From an uncultured virus (IMG/VR IMGVR_UViG_3300027865_000006) (taxonomy: Duplodnaviria > Heunggongvirae > Uroviricota > Caudoviricetes): 64,000 nucleotides of DNA. Where the stretch lies: the IMG/VR virus record IMGVR_UViG_3300027865_000006; one strand, given 5' to 3'. Below the pieces are notes generated by a model, which saw only the letters and a list, made by a program, of their open reading frames with translations, was not told the DNA's origin and ran no database searches. This document shows, in pieces, positions 9,073 to 19,292 of the stretch. Made by a program: the position numbers and the translations under genes. Numbering within the stretch: position 1 is the stretch's first letter; every line of letters starts with the position of its first letter.

Positions 9073-10839
9073 CTATGGAGCCACAACGCCAAGGCGCTTG
9101 GTGAATGAGTAATCGGTACCTTTGAGTGGCGAACGTTCACCAGCTACAGCTACTTGATCTCCTGCATCTAACTCCAATACGGCGAATTGTGCTGTTTTGT
9201 GCGTGGCGTCTGTCACCGGCATGGTGCCCACCACCGCAGTCATCAATGTGTTGTTAATGTAAACATTCCATTGACCGTCAAAGCGTCTCGTGATGGTGAC
9301 GTGAGTCCATACCGTAGGAGCTACCAAGCCGGGTGCAGATACCGCTATATTGGTGACGACACCCGCAGTAACTCTGCTTAAGTAAACGGCTTCAGTTGCG
9401 TCGACTTGTAGGCGGTAGCCATTGAACGTAGTGAATGGAGTCTGTTCGTCTCCTAGCCATAAAGCTGAAACACTTGCATCTTGTTTCTTGAACCAAAAAT
9501 CCCATGTACCGTAAGCTGCGCCACCAGGAGTACTTCTAAAGTCTGCCGCCTCAAGACGTACACTTCCGGCTGAATTACAGGTGAGCACTTTTGAGATGTT
9601 CTCAGTGACGTCGAGATCAGGGTTGATTGACCACGTGCCTGCGTCCCTCAAAAACGGCGAGTTCCCACCGATGAATCCACCAGTCTGGCCTGCAGCCGAA
9701 GTGTTGGTCTTGATACCCTCGGTCGTACGGAGCTGCACCAATTGTGCACCGGCATCGTAGGAGGCCTGAACCTGCACAGCAGTGCGAAGAGTGGAATAGA
9801 ATCTTGGTGCTACTATTAATCCTCCTGGGCCTACTATTCCAGCAGCAGCTTGAGTAGCTCCTAAGTATTCCCCAGTGGTATTCGTATTGCCTAAGACAAG
9901 CGCACCCGTAACAGCTACTTTGCCATTTATGTAGATAGTTCCAGTGCCTGCCGAAGCCGTGAAGGCGATATGATACCAATTGCCTACGGATAGAGCCTCT
10001 GAAGAGGGAACTGTGAGAGTACCTGCTGACCCGAATACGCGGATAAGAGTACCAAAGCACTCTACAACCCAGTTATTAGTGCCAAAAGCCAGTAAATTGC
10101 CTGATCCAGCTAAGATGTACCTTCGTGTAGCCGTTAGGTACGCAGGCTTGTACCAGAACTCGCATGAAACCGTTGAACTACGCACACTAGGCATTGATAA
10201 GGGTATGTTAGAGAGTGCACCACCGGCCAGATCCTCGCCAAAATTCAGAGCGTTCCCAAGGAAGCACTTCTCTTGCGAAATCTTCACTCCCACGGGAGTA
10301 TTCGCTACGCCGTCGTCGAGGTTGTAGAGGTCTCCGTCGAGGAGGCGCATTTCGAATTGCGAGCGCGTCTGCGTAGCCAGCACTTCAAAATCATCAAATT
10401 CCGCATATCTTGAAACCCCAAAAGAAACAAGTTTTATTGCTGCAGCTATTGGCGTTCGGGTGAAACTGACAAATTGCCAATCTGTCGAAGTTGTTCCGTT
10501 CCAGAGAAGCACGCCTGCTTCATAAACTCGAGGTACACTAACACCGTCACTTCGAGCCCAGCCAGTCACGTTGTAAGTGGCCCCTACGATCCACGATTGT
10601 GCTGCACTCCCGAACCCATTGGCTGTGCTGTCCTGACAGCGTAAACATTGAAGACCGCTGTGAGGTAGTGTGGTTTCTTTAGTAAGTGTTACTCCATCTT
10701 GAGCACTCCAACTTGCTACGCCTGCCAGCTCCATATCCCCGTCAGTTAAAATATTGGGACTAACTGGCATAGCAGCGGGATCAAGCAATCCATACTTCGC
10801 CGCAATCGTCTTCTCAACCGGCTTAGTCATAGTTTTCAT
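9073..10839 (-). CDS. Carbohydrate-binding / LamG (ConA-like) multidomain protein, putative spike or receptor-binding protein
   Basis: CBM4-like N-terminus (NILTDGDME...AEFDD) and two LamG-like repeats (WYHIAFT...IYING; WTHVTIT...VYINN). Confidence 0.75.
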   Translation of the reverse strand: MKTMTKPVEKTIAAKYGLLDPAAMPVSPNILTDGDMELAGVASWSAQDGVTLTKETTLPHSGLQCLRCQDSTANGFGSAAQSWIVGATYNVTGWARSDGVSVPRVYEAGVLLWNGTTSTDWQFVSFTRTPIAAAIKLVSFGVSRYAEFDDFEVLATQTRSQFEMRLLDGDLYNLDDGVANTPVGVKISQEKCFLGNALNFGEDLAGGALSNIPLSMPSVRSSTVSCEFWYKPAYLTATRRYILAGSGNLLAFGTNNWVVECFGTLIRVFGSAGTLTVPSSEALSVGNWYHIAFTASAGTGTIYINGKVAVTGALVLGNTNTTGEYLGATQAAAGIVGPGGLIVAPRFYSTLRTAVQVQASYDAGAQLVQLRTTEGIKTNTSAAGQTGGFIGGNSPFLRDAGTWSINPDLDVTENISKVLTCNSAGSVRLEAADFRSTPGGAAYGTWDFWFKKQDASVSALWLGDEQTPFTTFNGYRLQVDATEAVYLSRVTAGVVTNIAVSAPGLVAPTVWTHVTITRRFDGQWNVYINNTLMTAVVGTMPVTDATHKTAQFAVLELDAGDQVAVAGERSPLKGTDYSFTKRLGVVAP

Positions 10840-11516
10840 GGGTAAGCCAGCTCCTTGTAGACTGAGAGGTGTTCGTCGGCTGTGAGGACTCTTGAAACTA
10901 AGATGATCCCTTGCAGCATAGAGTTACAGGGGAGTGTTGATCGATTTCTGGCACCAAAAAACAGCGAGTGATCTCCAAAGTTATTTGTATTTACGTCGGC
11001 CAGAGTGGCATTTACATAGACGCCATCCCGGTAAACTTTGATAGCCCCAACATTTAAAGCTTTATCGTAAGAAACCCCCATGTAAGGCATTTGGCCGTCG
11101 CCCAGCATATCTTGAACCGGGAATACAATTGAGGAGAGTCCTATATCACCTGTGCACAGAACTTGAATCTGTGCTGCACTATTTTGATAGATTAAAAACC
11201 CAGTGGTCTCAGAACCCTGATTAGGTGAAAATTCCACAAAAATTTCGTTGGCGGCACTCCGTAATTGGCGTGCGGCGAAAACTACACTGAGTTGCGCGGT
11301 ACCAGTTAAATCTATCGTGGGCGTTCCTATTCCGCGACCATCGAAAGGTACGGTTAAACCTTGCCTTGTGAAAAGCTGATCTACAGCGGCCCCGAAAGTG
11401 CCGTGGTTCGAATTCCCGCTCAAATCCAACGTGTGACCCAAGCGGTAGTCGTGCCAAACTTTGAGCACGCCTTCCGCCTTCAAATCCAAGATGGTGCTTC
11501 GCCTGTTATAGGACAC
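10836..11516 (-). CDS. LamG-like protein
   Basis: DLSGNSNHGT, VYRDG, RVLTADE motifs. Confidence 0.75.
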   Translation of the reverse strand: MSYNRRSTILDLKAEGVLKVWHDYRLGHTLDLSGNSNHGTFGAAVDQLFTRQGLTVPFDGRGIGTPTIDLTGTAQLSVVFAARQLRSAANEIFVEFSPNQGSETTGFLIYQNSAAQIQVLCTGDIGLSSIVFPVQDMLGDGQMPYMGVSYDKALNVGAIKVYRDGVYVNATLADVNTNNFGDHSLFFGARNRSTLPCNSMLQGIILVSRVLTADEHLSVYKELAYP

Positions 11517-12153
11517 GTTGCCCCCAATCCTGGTTGGCTAGTTCTCCGTAGAGCTTGGCGTGCTCAGTGGCTGTGAGTATGCGATTTGCGATAACTACTG
11601 CCCCAATGTGGCTGGGATGGCGTAAACCACCAGTGTACAATCCCCCAACAATTAGAGGAGCATCATTAACTGTAATAGTCGCAGTGCCACTGAAATTACC
11701 TACAGATATTCCATCCCTATATCCGACCGGAATTGCTCCGTTCGTCGCAGAGACTGCAAGATATTTACGGCCTATAGGAGAGGCGGAAATTGTACGACTG
11801 GCCGAAGCTGAGTCAAAGTAAAACAGGGATGTAGTAGAGTTGGTTCCGAACTCATAGTTATTGCCCCCACCATCACGCTTAGAGACTAAACGACCACCAG
11901 CAGTTATATTGGGAAAAGTACCAAATACGGCAATCGTCAATGCCGTTAACTGCAAACTAGCTGAATCCGCAACGGTGATAAGTCCCGAAACAGAAGTAAA
12001 TTCAGCTCCCCACCGATCAAGAGCTACTCCTGCCCCAAGTACCCCGTCGTTACCATTTCCGCTCATATCCTGCGCATCACCGCGCCTGTAATCATGCCAC
12101 AGCGCGAGAGCACCTTCCGCCTTGAGATCGAGGAGGAATGAACGCCTAGACAT
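11506..12153 (-). CDS. LamG-like protein, paralog of 10836-11516
   Basis: Shared DLKAEG..WHDYR.G..D.SGN.N.G N-terminus and R.LTA.EH C-terminus. Confidence 0.75.
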   Translation of the reverse strand: MSRRSFLLDLKAEGALALWHDYRRGDAQDMSGNGNDGVLGAGVALDRWGAEFTSVSGLITVADSASLQLTALTIAVFGTFPNITAGGRLVSKRDGGGNNYEFGTNSTTSLFYFDSASASRTISASPIGRKYLAVSATNGAIPVGYRDGISVGNFSGTATITVNDAPLIVGGLYTGGLRHPSHIGAVVIANRILTATEHAKLYGELANQDWGQRVL

Positions 12154-12835
12154 GGTTCACCTCCGCAAGGAGTCTTCTGCGCAAGTCTTCTAACTGCGAG
12201 AAAGACAGTTCGTATTCCCAATGGCCCATCCAGAGTACGTCTCCAGTGTAATTAGTTGCTCCCGTATAACTTGAACCTATGCGGGGAACTTCTGTCACGG
12301 CCGTAGAGGGGACTACCCCGGTGCCGTTGACAGCTATTTCGCCGTCAGTATATACAAACCTTTGCCCAGCCGAATTTATGCCGCCAGCCACTAAAGAAAC
12401 CATCCCCCGTTGTGGCCGTTGTTTAGTTATGCCCGCGTAAAGCGTAGGGCTGCCACTATAAAATCTCAGCGTAGTGGCAGTAACCAATATGATAGCTCTT
12501 ATGTTACTGGCATCGCTATGCCCATAAATATAAGCCGTGCCATAGCCAGCTAAGATTGCCGGTCTGACCAAGAGAGCCCAAGTTGCTGTAGATACCGAAG
12601 TTAGGGGATTGGTCGCTAATTTCATTCTCTGCGCAGCAGCAACACCAGAAAAATTATAACCGCGCTTTTGTAGCTTCGTAGGGAAAGTGGTTGTAGTAAC
12701 CCCGTCGCCAAAAATAGCATGATTTCCCCCACCGGATACGTCGAGGGTGCGGTCATTTACTGGATCGTGGTTCTCAGCTTTCATAGGCAGCCAGATCTTC
12801 GAGCGATTGTAATAATAGTCGAGAGCTGAGCCCAT
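12146..12835 (-). CDS. LamG-like protein
   Basis: TLDVSGGGNHA, VYTDG, YELSFSQL pattern; TAATG coupling. Confidence 0.65.
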   Translation of the reverse strand: MGSALDYYYNRSKIWLPMKAENHDPVNDRTLDVSGGGNHAIFGDGVTTTTFPTKLQKRGYNFSGVAAAQRMKLATNPLTSVSTATWALLVRPAILAGYGTAYIYGHSDASNIRAIILVTATTLRFYSGSPTLYAGITKQRPQRGMVSLVAGGINSAGQRFVYTDGEIAVNGTGVVPSTAVTEVPRIGSSYTGATNYTGDVLWMGHWEYELSFSQLEDLRRRLLAEVNHV

Positions 12836-13833
12836 TATACATCTCCCAGTAGTGAGCCATCCCAAAGGGTGTATGAGAAATTGAGTGCTACGGGAACTGA
12901 GACTATTTGAGTCACTACCACATTGTCGAAGTCGGCGTGAGGCGTTAGTCCACCTTGTGAGAAAGTTTCATTAGCTCGGAGTTGAAAAACACCTTCATAC
13001 CCTGGCTCAACAATCAAAGTTTTGGATTTGAAAACCCAGACGTCTTCGTCTTTGACGGGAGCGGCGGCAACATTAAAACTCGTAGCATCCGGAAGTAATA
13101 CTTGAGCGTTGCAAGTGTAACTACTTTCACCGGCCTCACCGTGAGCCCCTTTCATCCAGACACTAACAAAGTAGCTAACACCCGCTACGAAAGGGATAGG
13201 AGTGAGCGGTGTAACTCGAGAGTCGGTATCCAGAGTTGTGGCTATTTGAAGGTAATTTACGCCGCCGACAGGACCGCCAGCAACTTTAGATTGAACCGCA
13301 TTAGAACCCGGAACATCAGGCCATTGTGTAACCGAGGCACTATCCATATTACCGTCAGACGGCGTAAGATCTACACCTCCACCGCCCGAAGCCGTGATTG
13401 TAACTGCTGACTTTGTGTTGCCGGCGAGCACGAGATGAGCTCCGGTTAGTGAGCCAGGCCCAAATACTTGGAGAGGCTCTTCAGTACCGCCCTGCCATGT
13501 CCAAATAGCCGAACCTAAAGTCACACTCGTAGCCGTAGAATAAAACCTCATAGGGCTGTTCACAGCCGCTGTACTGAAGGCTCTATTGGCATTAATTCCA
13601 TCAATGACGGTACCAGCGGTAAACGTGACATTATCGAAGAGCTCAATCTTGAACGCGCCGACAGCGGATATATCCAGACCTACGACAATAGGCGCTGACG
13701 AGGTGTTCTCGAGGTAGATAGTCGTAGGAGAGGACGTAATTTTATAGGCTGTACAGCCCACCCCGCCATAAAACCCGCTGTAAGGCCAGGGGGACTTAAT
13801 GATCGTTGGAAGCTGGGAGCTCACAAGTGCCAT
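12835..13833 (-). CDS. Beta-rich putative virion protein with inserted carbohydrate-binding-like domain
   Basis: N-terminal part resembles 13833-14396; insert DLTPSDGNMD...ADFDNVVV resembles the N-terminus of 9073-10839. Confidence 0.6.
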   Translation of the reverse strand: MALVSSQLPTIIKSPWPYSGFYGGVGCTAYKITSSPTTIYLENTSSAPIVVGLDISAVGAFKIELFDNVTFTAGTVIDGINANRAFSTAAVNSPMRFYSTATSVTLGSAIWTWQGGTEEPLQVFGPGSLTGAHLVLAGNTKSAVTITASGGGGVDLTPSDGNMDSASVTQWPDVPGSNAVQSKVAGGPVGGVNYLQIATTLDTDSRVTPLTPIPFVAGVSYFVSVWMKGAHGEAGESSYTCNAQVLLPDATSFNVAAAPVKDEDVWVFKSKTLIVEPGYEGVFQLRANETFSQGGLTPHADFDNVVVTQIVSVPVALNFSYTLWDGSLLGDV

Positions 13834-14396
13834 TAACCAAACACTCCCAAACTCAGCGCGTTGAAGTCCCAACCCGTCCAAGTAACATCGATGTTCCAGT
13901 CCTGGGAGTCACTCAAGCCGTCCGTACGAGCAAGCGCGAAACGTAGTTTCTCGGCGGCATCCAAGATGAGGAATACACCAGTAAAACCATTGGGACCGAA
14001 CGGAGTCAAACGTTGACCGGCAGCGGCAGACCAAATCAAACTCTCGTTGCCTGTGAAAGAAGCACCGGCAGTATAAGGTATCAGTGGCCCAAGCACCAAC
14101 TGACTCGCAGCGTAACCATGTGCAGCTTGAGCATACCGATTAACTAAATGCTGTGCTCGTTGGCTGCTCCCAGTGAAATTACAGTTGGTGTAAACCGAAG
14201 CGTCATAGGCCACGCTACCCCAGAAGGACAACGCGATAGCCAAAGGAGCTGATCCCGAATTCTCTACATAAAGACTTGGCCCCGCCGTAGCCGTATTGAA
14301 GTAAGAGCAGTGAACTGTCTCACCCATCATATTGGCACGCACCCACGGGTCATGACGCAGCGTCGTTTGAGGTAGTGAATTGAGATCGACCATCAT
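13833..14396 (-). CDS. Beta-rich putative virion protein
   Basis: LYVENSGSAPL and FGPNGFTGVFLIL match the neighbouring gene. Confidence 0.6.
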   Translation of the reverse strand: MMVDLNSLPQTTLRHDPWVRANMMGETVHCSYFNTATAGPSLYVENSGSAPLAIALSFWGSVAYDASVYTNCNFTGSSQRAQHLVNRYAQAAHGYAASQLVLGPLIPYTAGASFTGNESLIWSAAAGQRLTPFGPNGFTGVFLILDAAEKLRFALARTDGLSDSQDWNIDVTWTGWDFNALSLGVFG

Positions 14397-14402
14397 CTAC
14401 TC

Positions 14403-14696
14403 CTATGGTTCTGGTATCGGTTCAGGTTCTACCGGCGTAGAGAGCTTAGCAATCTTATCTTGGCGCGCCTGCTCAATCTGCTTGATTTGAGCCTTCGTTA
14501 CGATGCGCTTGTTCTGCTTGATCGTGAGCTGAATTGTACGATAGTCGACTCCGTTCCGCAGAGCCTCAATCACTTCCCTCATCATAGCTGGGGTCGGTAT
14601 CACGGTGATAGATTCCGCTTCAGGAACTTCAATGTCTTGAAGGTCGTCCAGTTTCTTACCATTCAAAGCAGCCTTTAAATTACTCTCAAATGACAT
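14403..14696 (-). CDS. Hypothetical protein
   Basis: ORF in operon. Confidence 0.55.
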   Translation of the reverse strand: MSFESNLKAALNGKKLDDLQDIEVPEAESITVIPTPAMMREVIEALRNGVDYRTIQLTIKQNKRIVTKAQIKQIEQARQDKIAKLSTPVEPEPIPEP

Positions 14697-14698
14697 GA

Positions 14699-15292
14699 TT
14701 ACGCTCCTGAAACGTTGGCTCCGGCCTCGTACCAGAACATTCGAGTTGTGATCCTGTTGTTCGCCGCATTGCTCGTGACTTTGATCGCATAAATAGATTC
14801 AGGTTTGAGGATGATCTCATCAGCTCTTGAAGCGTTGGCCGCAACTCCTCGAGGCGCAGCAGTAGCCGATCCTAATAGAAGTTTTCCCAGTAACGTGCCT
14901 GCAGTGTAACCTGTAGTAGCCTCATCACATCGAGCTTCAGCCACGGTGGTAGATGCACGGAAAGAGTTCAAAGGTGTGTCAGTAGGGTCAGCTCCAGTGA
15001 GATCTTCGTACAACTCCACGTCGCAACTCAGTGTGTACTGAACATCCCAAACCAAGTGAGCGACGACGTTGCTAGAACCTAGAGCCGGTGCTTTGATTAT
15101 ATGAAAGAAAACACCCGCGTTCCCGACGACAGCCGAACGTGCATCAAAGAAATGCACGCCCTGATGGATCATGTAGTGAGGAGCGTCAATCCCCGCTTTA
15201 GTAAGGGTCATGTGATCTATGCCCGAAGACTTCAAACCCGTACGGGCACCGGCAAAGAGCTTCGTGATCATGTCCGTGGTGATAACCGCCAC
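14699..15292 (-). CDS. Beta-rich putative virion protein
   Basis: Alternating hydrophobic strands, EIILKPESIYAIKVT. Confidence 0.6.
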   Translation of the reverse strand: MAVITTDMITKLFAGARTGLKSSGIDHMTLTKAGIDAPHYMIHQGVHFFDARSAVVGNAGVFFHIIKAPALGSSNVVAHLVWDVQYTLSCDVELYEDLTGADPTDTPLNSFRASTTVAEARCDEATTGYTAGTLLGKLLLGSATAAPRGVAANASRADEIILKPESIYAIKVTSNAANNRITTRMFWYEAGANVSGA

Positions 15293-15301
15293 AATAACCC
15301 C

Positions 15302-16465
15302 CTAGTAGTGCCGTTTGGTGTCGATGCGGTAGCTCGAGTCTGCCGAAGCATTCACGATAACTACATTGATTTTGACCGCCGTGAAACAACCCCAAAATTC
15401 ATCCGTATCAGGAAGAATGTTGGAAAGAGTGAATGAGCCCGCTGCATAGGCTTTCAAAGTCACGTCCTGGTATGTACGCGCAGTCAAATCCGGGTCGTCA
15501 TCTTCCATAGTTCCGTAGAACTTGACTGTAACCGTACCCGAACCGGCTGTGAGCTCAAGTTGAGCACTCATGCGCTTGAAGCCGTTCAAGTCCAGGTAGT
15601 AGTTGAGCGTCGAAGCTGCTGAGTTTGTAACTTCTGCAACCTTGTCGTTCACATACTGCATGTTGAGCGGATCAATTTCCGCTTGACGGTTGTAATCTCC
15701 GGGACGGTTGTATCCGGCTTGAATCTGCTTGCCGTCCAGAGTCGCTACAATATGAACGTCGTCGTCATGCGCTACGTCGGTTTTGTCGTAGTCGGTACCT
15801 ACCGCACCACCCCTGGAGAGGGGAAGGCCTGTAGCTACGTCGTGCGTCCCTGTGTGAGACGTTACGACTTTGTACTCGGCATCCACTAGAGCCAGTGTGG
15901 CCGTAGTGTCATCGGTAGGATCCGTAGCGAACACAAGAGAAGTCAATCCGCCTGCAGCAGCAGAAGCGATAGCAGAACTGAGGCCTACGCCCTCAACTCC
16001 GTCAAGCTCTTCACCGCGTTTTGGCCCCATTCCCCAGACACCTAGAGTGAAATCTACGAGATTGGTGCTATCGTCAGTAATCTCCTCAATCTCGAGATAA
16101 ATCTTCTCTGAATTGTGCGTTAACCAAACACGCTCCATTGGAGTGGCATCGATGTCACCATTCAATGATAGTGTGAATGAGTTGTCAGCAAACCACTGCC
16201 CGCCCGGTCTCCCAGCTCCGTCAGTAGCTCGCTCACGCCAACGCCATACACGCAGCTTGACCGAAGCCTCTACAGCAGCACTCGCACCAGAACCCACAAC
16301 AGGATCATGCGTATTCGCTGTAACGAGAACCGCAATCCATTCGCGAACATCAATACCCTGATTATTCTGTCCCGGTGGAGTTGTATTTACAACGCTGCGC
16401 ACATACGAAGTGAGCTTTGTAAGCGAGACTACATGAGGTGCATTGTTGATATTATTGCGTGTCAT
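15302..16465 (-). CDS. Putative virion structural protein
   Basis: Long beta-rich ORF in the structural block. Confidence 0.6.
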   Translation of the reverse strand: MTRNNINNAPHVVSLTKLTSYVRSVVNTTPPGQNNQGIDVREWIAVLVTANTHDPVVGSGASAAVEASVKLRVWRWRERATDGAGRPGGQWFADNSFTLSLNGDIDATPMERVWLTHNSEKIYLEIEEITDDSTNLVDFTLGVWGMGPKRGEELDGVEGVGLSSAIASAAAGGLTSLVFATDPTDDTTATLALVDAEYKVVTSHTGTHDVATGLPLSRGGAVGTDYDKTDVAHDDDVHIVATLDGKQIQAGYNRPGDYNRQAEIDPLNMQYVNDKVAEVTNSAASTLNYYLDLNGFKRMSAQLELTAGSGTVTVKFYGTMEDDDPDLTARTYQDVTLKAYAAGSFTLSNILPDTDEFWGCFTAVKINVVIVNASADSSYRIDTKRHY

Positions 16466-17136
16466 TTTTCAGTTCCCGCCTTTACCGCAAACACGATTCC
16501 GGCCAGACCTACGCCAGCAAGTAGGAAGATAGAACCCCACTGGCTCGAATCGGCTTCAATCGTTGGGTACTGCTCTTCACGTATGGTTCTCGTGAGAGCT
16601 GCACTAGTCCTGGCTGTGTTCGCTGCTTGAGTAGCCGAGAAAGTTCGTCCAGGTGCGAAAGCCCTTTTGACTGCGCTAGGGAACTTCCTGACGGGCATAG
16701 TTGCATTAGGTTTGATTAGCGGTTTCACCAACGGCCCTACAGTCTTCGTAGTCAGCCGTTTTACGTCCGGGTGCTTCTCAATAGGGCCGAAACGATGTTG
16801 AGGCTCACCACCTTCTGCAGGCGGTATCCAGAGTATAGGATACGTTTTGCTAAGGTTGCCTTGAGGATCTACAACGCTGTACTTGCAAAACGCGATAAAT
16901 CCATCTGGAAAGGTTCTTTTAGGCGATGAACACCTAGTAGATTTTTTGCGGCGAGGAAATTTTGAGTTGTAAGCACTCAAGTTAATCATTCCCCACCACT
17001 CAGCCGTACCACTTCCGTAAGCGCGATTAGCAAGCCTGGAGAGACTGTCATCCTTCTTGACTTGGTAAAACGCGCCAGCACGCGGCTTATCGGTGTAAAC
17101 CAAGATGTCTTTGTACTGTGGGTGAGGATAAGGCAT
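16462..17136 (-). CDS. LysM-domain protein with C-terminal TM
   Basis: YQVKKDDSLSRLANRAYG...ILWIP LysM pattern with an insertion; C-terminal WGSIFLLAGVGLAGIVFAVK. Confidence 0.7.
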   Translation of the reverse strand: MPYPHPQYKDILVYTDKPRAGAFYQVKKDDSLSRLANRAYGSGTAEWWGMINLSAYNSKFPRRKKSTRCSSPKRTFPDGFIAFCKYSVVDPQGNLSKTYPILWIPPAEGGEPQHRFGPIEKHPDVKRLTTKTVGPLVKPLIKPNATMPVRKFPSAVKRAFAPGRTFSATQAANTARTSAALTRTIREEQYPTIEADSSQWGSIFLLAGVGLAGIVFAVKAGTEK

Positions 17137-18263
17137 TATTTCCGCCTCTTCTTCTTTTTGCCGTCCATTTGCGTGGAAGCGACTGCGCCGAGAGCGCCAA
17201 CACCGAGAATGAGCCCCATCCACCAAGGGAATCCAGCCTTGTCGACTTTTTGAGGCAAAACATCGTCAGGAGTGACTACGGGGTCTGGAGTCCGCCTGGG
17301 TTTTACAGGATCGGGAGTAGGCTCTACGGGGTCTGGGTTCACTGGAGTATACTTGTAGTACATCGCGCAAAGCCGACCGTAAGACTCTTCGAAGTTCTTG
17401 TTCGCGAGACCCAGAGACATGTAGAATTTCGCATCCAACATGACACCAGTGTCGTTAAGAACGTCCCGCTTGTAGGCGTAAGCAGCCTTACAAGTTTTTT
17501 CACCAACTAGCCCGTCAACGGGACCAGGAGCATAACCAGCCTTACTCAATGCAGCTTGGATCAACTTAATGTCTCTGCGTTGAGTAGTGGTTACTCGGTT
17601 CGATTTCGGTACACCCCATTTTTGAGTGTTCGAATTCTGGTGGAAGTACTCCAGATAGAGTTGATTGTCGGCACCAGCCCAAGTGGTTTTCACCCAGCCG
17701 GGATAAGTAGACAGAACTTTCGGAGTTCCAGTCTTGCGCAATCCCGAGGGAGGCGTTCCCCAAAAGTAGCCTGCCGGCAGGGACGGAGTAGAAGACGGAG
17801 TACCTGTACTCCAATCGTCCTGCCAAGGATCACTTGTGCCCGTGGCTAGATTATCGGGATTGTCGTACCAAATACTCTGCTGATTATCGTTAAAACTGTC
17901 TTCTTCCATGACGCCGATACAACTCATACCGGCTTGAGGTGACAATCCGCGAATATGCGATGGACGCCGACGCGGAAGACGATTAGATTTCGGCCCCATT
18001 TGAATAGATTTAGTATACTCACCTACGGAGTACTCCTGAATCCCGCCAAGTTGATCCCACGCCTCACCAAAGTCACAGAACCAATCCCGGAATTCAGCCA
18101 GAAAAGCTGCTTTCATGGGGCCAACAAGGGAACTAACCTTGGCGTGATATTGCTCATAGTTCTCGGAACCGAGACCCAAGCGAGCGGCTACAGGATAGTT
18201 GTTGGCTGTATACCGACGATGATCGTCGGACATTTTCATCCAATCATAAAGATTGCTTTTCAT
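17136..18263 (-). CDS. Peptidoglycan-binding (PG_binding_1-like) protein with C-terminal TM
   Basis: IKLIQAALSKAGYAPGPVDGLVGEKTCKA; Pro-rich linker; FPWWMGLILGVGALGAV followed by KKKKRRK. Confidence 0.8.
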   Translation of the reverse strand: MKSNLYDWMKMSDDHRRYTANNYPVAARLGLGSENYEQYHAKVSSLVGPMKAAFLAEFRDWFCDFGEAWDQLGGIQEYSVGEYTKSIQMGPKSNRLPRRRPSHIRGLSPQAGMSCIGVMEEDSFNDNQQSIWYDNPDNLATGTSDPWQDDWSTGTPSSTPSLPAGYFWGTPPSGLRKTGTPKVLSTYPGWVKTTWAGADNQLYLEYFHQNSNTQKWGVPKSNRVTTTQRRDIKLIQAALSKAGYAPGPVDGLVGEKTCKAAYAYKRDVLNDTGVMLDAKFYMSLGLANKNFEESYGRLCAMYYKYTPVNPDPVEPTPDPVKPRRTPDPVVTPDDVLPQKVDKAGFPWWMGLILGVGALGAVASTQMDGKKKKRRK

Positions 18264-18418
18264 TTGGAGCCTCCACATGCACCGCAAGGGGCCTTGGCCG
18301 GTGCAGGCGCAACCGAGCCGCTGTTAGTTGATTTTTTTGGCTTGGCAGCGCCTTTGACCAGACTCTTCAAGAGACTACTCGCGCCATTGATGAGTTTCTT
18401 CTTCTGGTTCTTATTCAT
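18260..18418 (-). CDS. Small basic protein ending CGACGG (52 aa, not in ORF track)
   Basis: Hand translation MNKNQKKKLING...KAPCGACGGSK; ATGA overlaps on both sides. Confidence 0.5.
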   Translation of the reverse strand: MNKNQKKKLINGASSLLKSLVKGAAKPKKSTNSGSVAPAPAKAPCGACGGSK

Positions 18419-19290
18419 TTAGAGGCTCCCCTCTCAGCGACGTCTTGATACTTGGAATAAACCCATAAACCGCCGCCGACAGCTACCACCGGCAGAGCAA
18501 CCCACTTCACAAACCACTCTGTTATTTCCAGCGCAGTCTTGGCCGTCTTACCCGCTTGAGCGCCTACGTCAACAATAGATTTAGCTACGTCGACAGTCGC
18601 AGTACCAAAAGTGGTAATTGCTTTCAGGAACTCTTCGCCCTTACCCTCAATCTGCTGCATCCAATCCACGTCGCCGTCGAAGGGGTACGCATTTACATAG
18701 AGAGCAACTGCACCCAGCGCAGATCGAACTTCTTTCACAGTGACGTTCTTTTGGCCGGGACTGAACAAGAATTGCTGAGTCTCTAGCTTAGCGTTAAGCG
18801 GAAAGGCATCAGGGCGATACGCGAGCATTCCCTTTTCAGCGAGCATTGAACTGATCTGCCCCATGGACGGCGCATTACTTGACCAAACGGCTGAAGTCAT
18901 GTACCATGCATTGGCTGGAGCCTTTTCATGGTCCTTCAAAAACCTCGTCCGTACAATGTGGTCTCCTAGAACAACTTCCTGAGCGTCAAGGGCTGCTTCC
19001 ATGTACTCCGAAATAGGAGCCTCTGACACCAGCAGTGCTGGGGCATAAATCTCCTCTTTGAGCATCGCTGGGGTCATGCCGTCGATCTTAGGCTCCACCA
19101 AACCGTAGAAAGCCTTGTAGCCCTCCAGCTCCGGAAGAGGGACTACCGCATCCTGGATGATCGTCACCTCAAACCCGGTTCCGTTGAGGATTTTCTCAAC
19201 AGATCCAGTGTGGTGATAGTCACGTTGGTAGAAGATCATCCAGCGATGCTCGTCTATCGGAATAGCAGCGTCCATGTGCAGCGCCTTCAT
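18415..19290 (-). CDS. Tail-anchored protein
   Basis: C-terminal WVALPVVAVGGGLWVYSK. Confidence 0.6.
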   Translation of the reverse strand: MKALHMDAAIPIDEHRWMIFYQRDYHHTGSVEKILNGTGFEVTIIQDAVVPLPELEGYKAFYGLVEPKIDGMTPAMLKEEIYAPALLVSEAPISEYMEAALDAQEVVLGDHIVRTRFLKDHEKAPANAWYMTSAVWSSNAPSMGQISSMLAEKGMLAYRPDAFPLNAKLETQQFLFSPGQKNVTVKEVRSALGAVALYVNAYPFDGDVDWMQQIEGKGEEFLKAITTFGTATVDVAKSIVDVGAQAGKTAKTALEITEWFVKWVALPVVAVGGGLWVYSKYQDVAERGASK

Positions 19291-19292
19291 GA

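Noticed and set aside
9073..12835. Diversity-generating retroelement acting on the LamG genes
   Set aside because: No reverse transcriptase and no near-identical template/variable repeat pair seen
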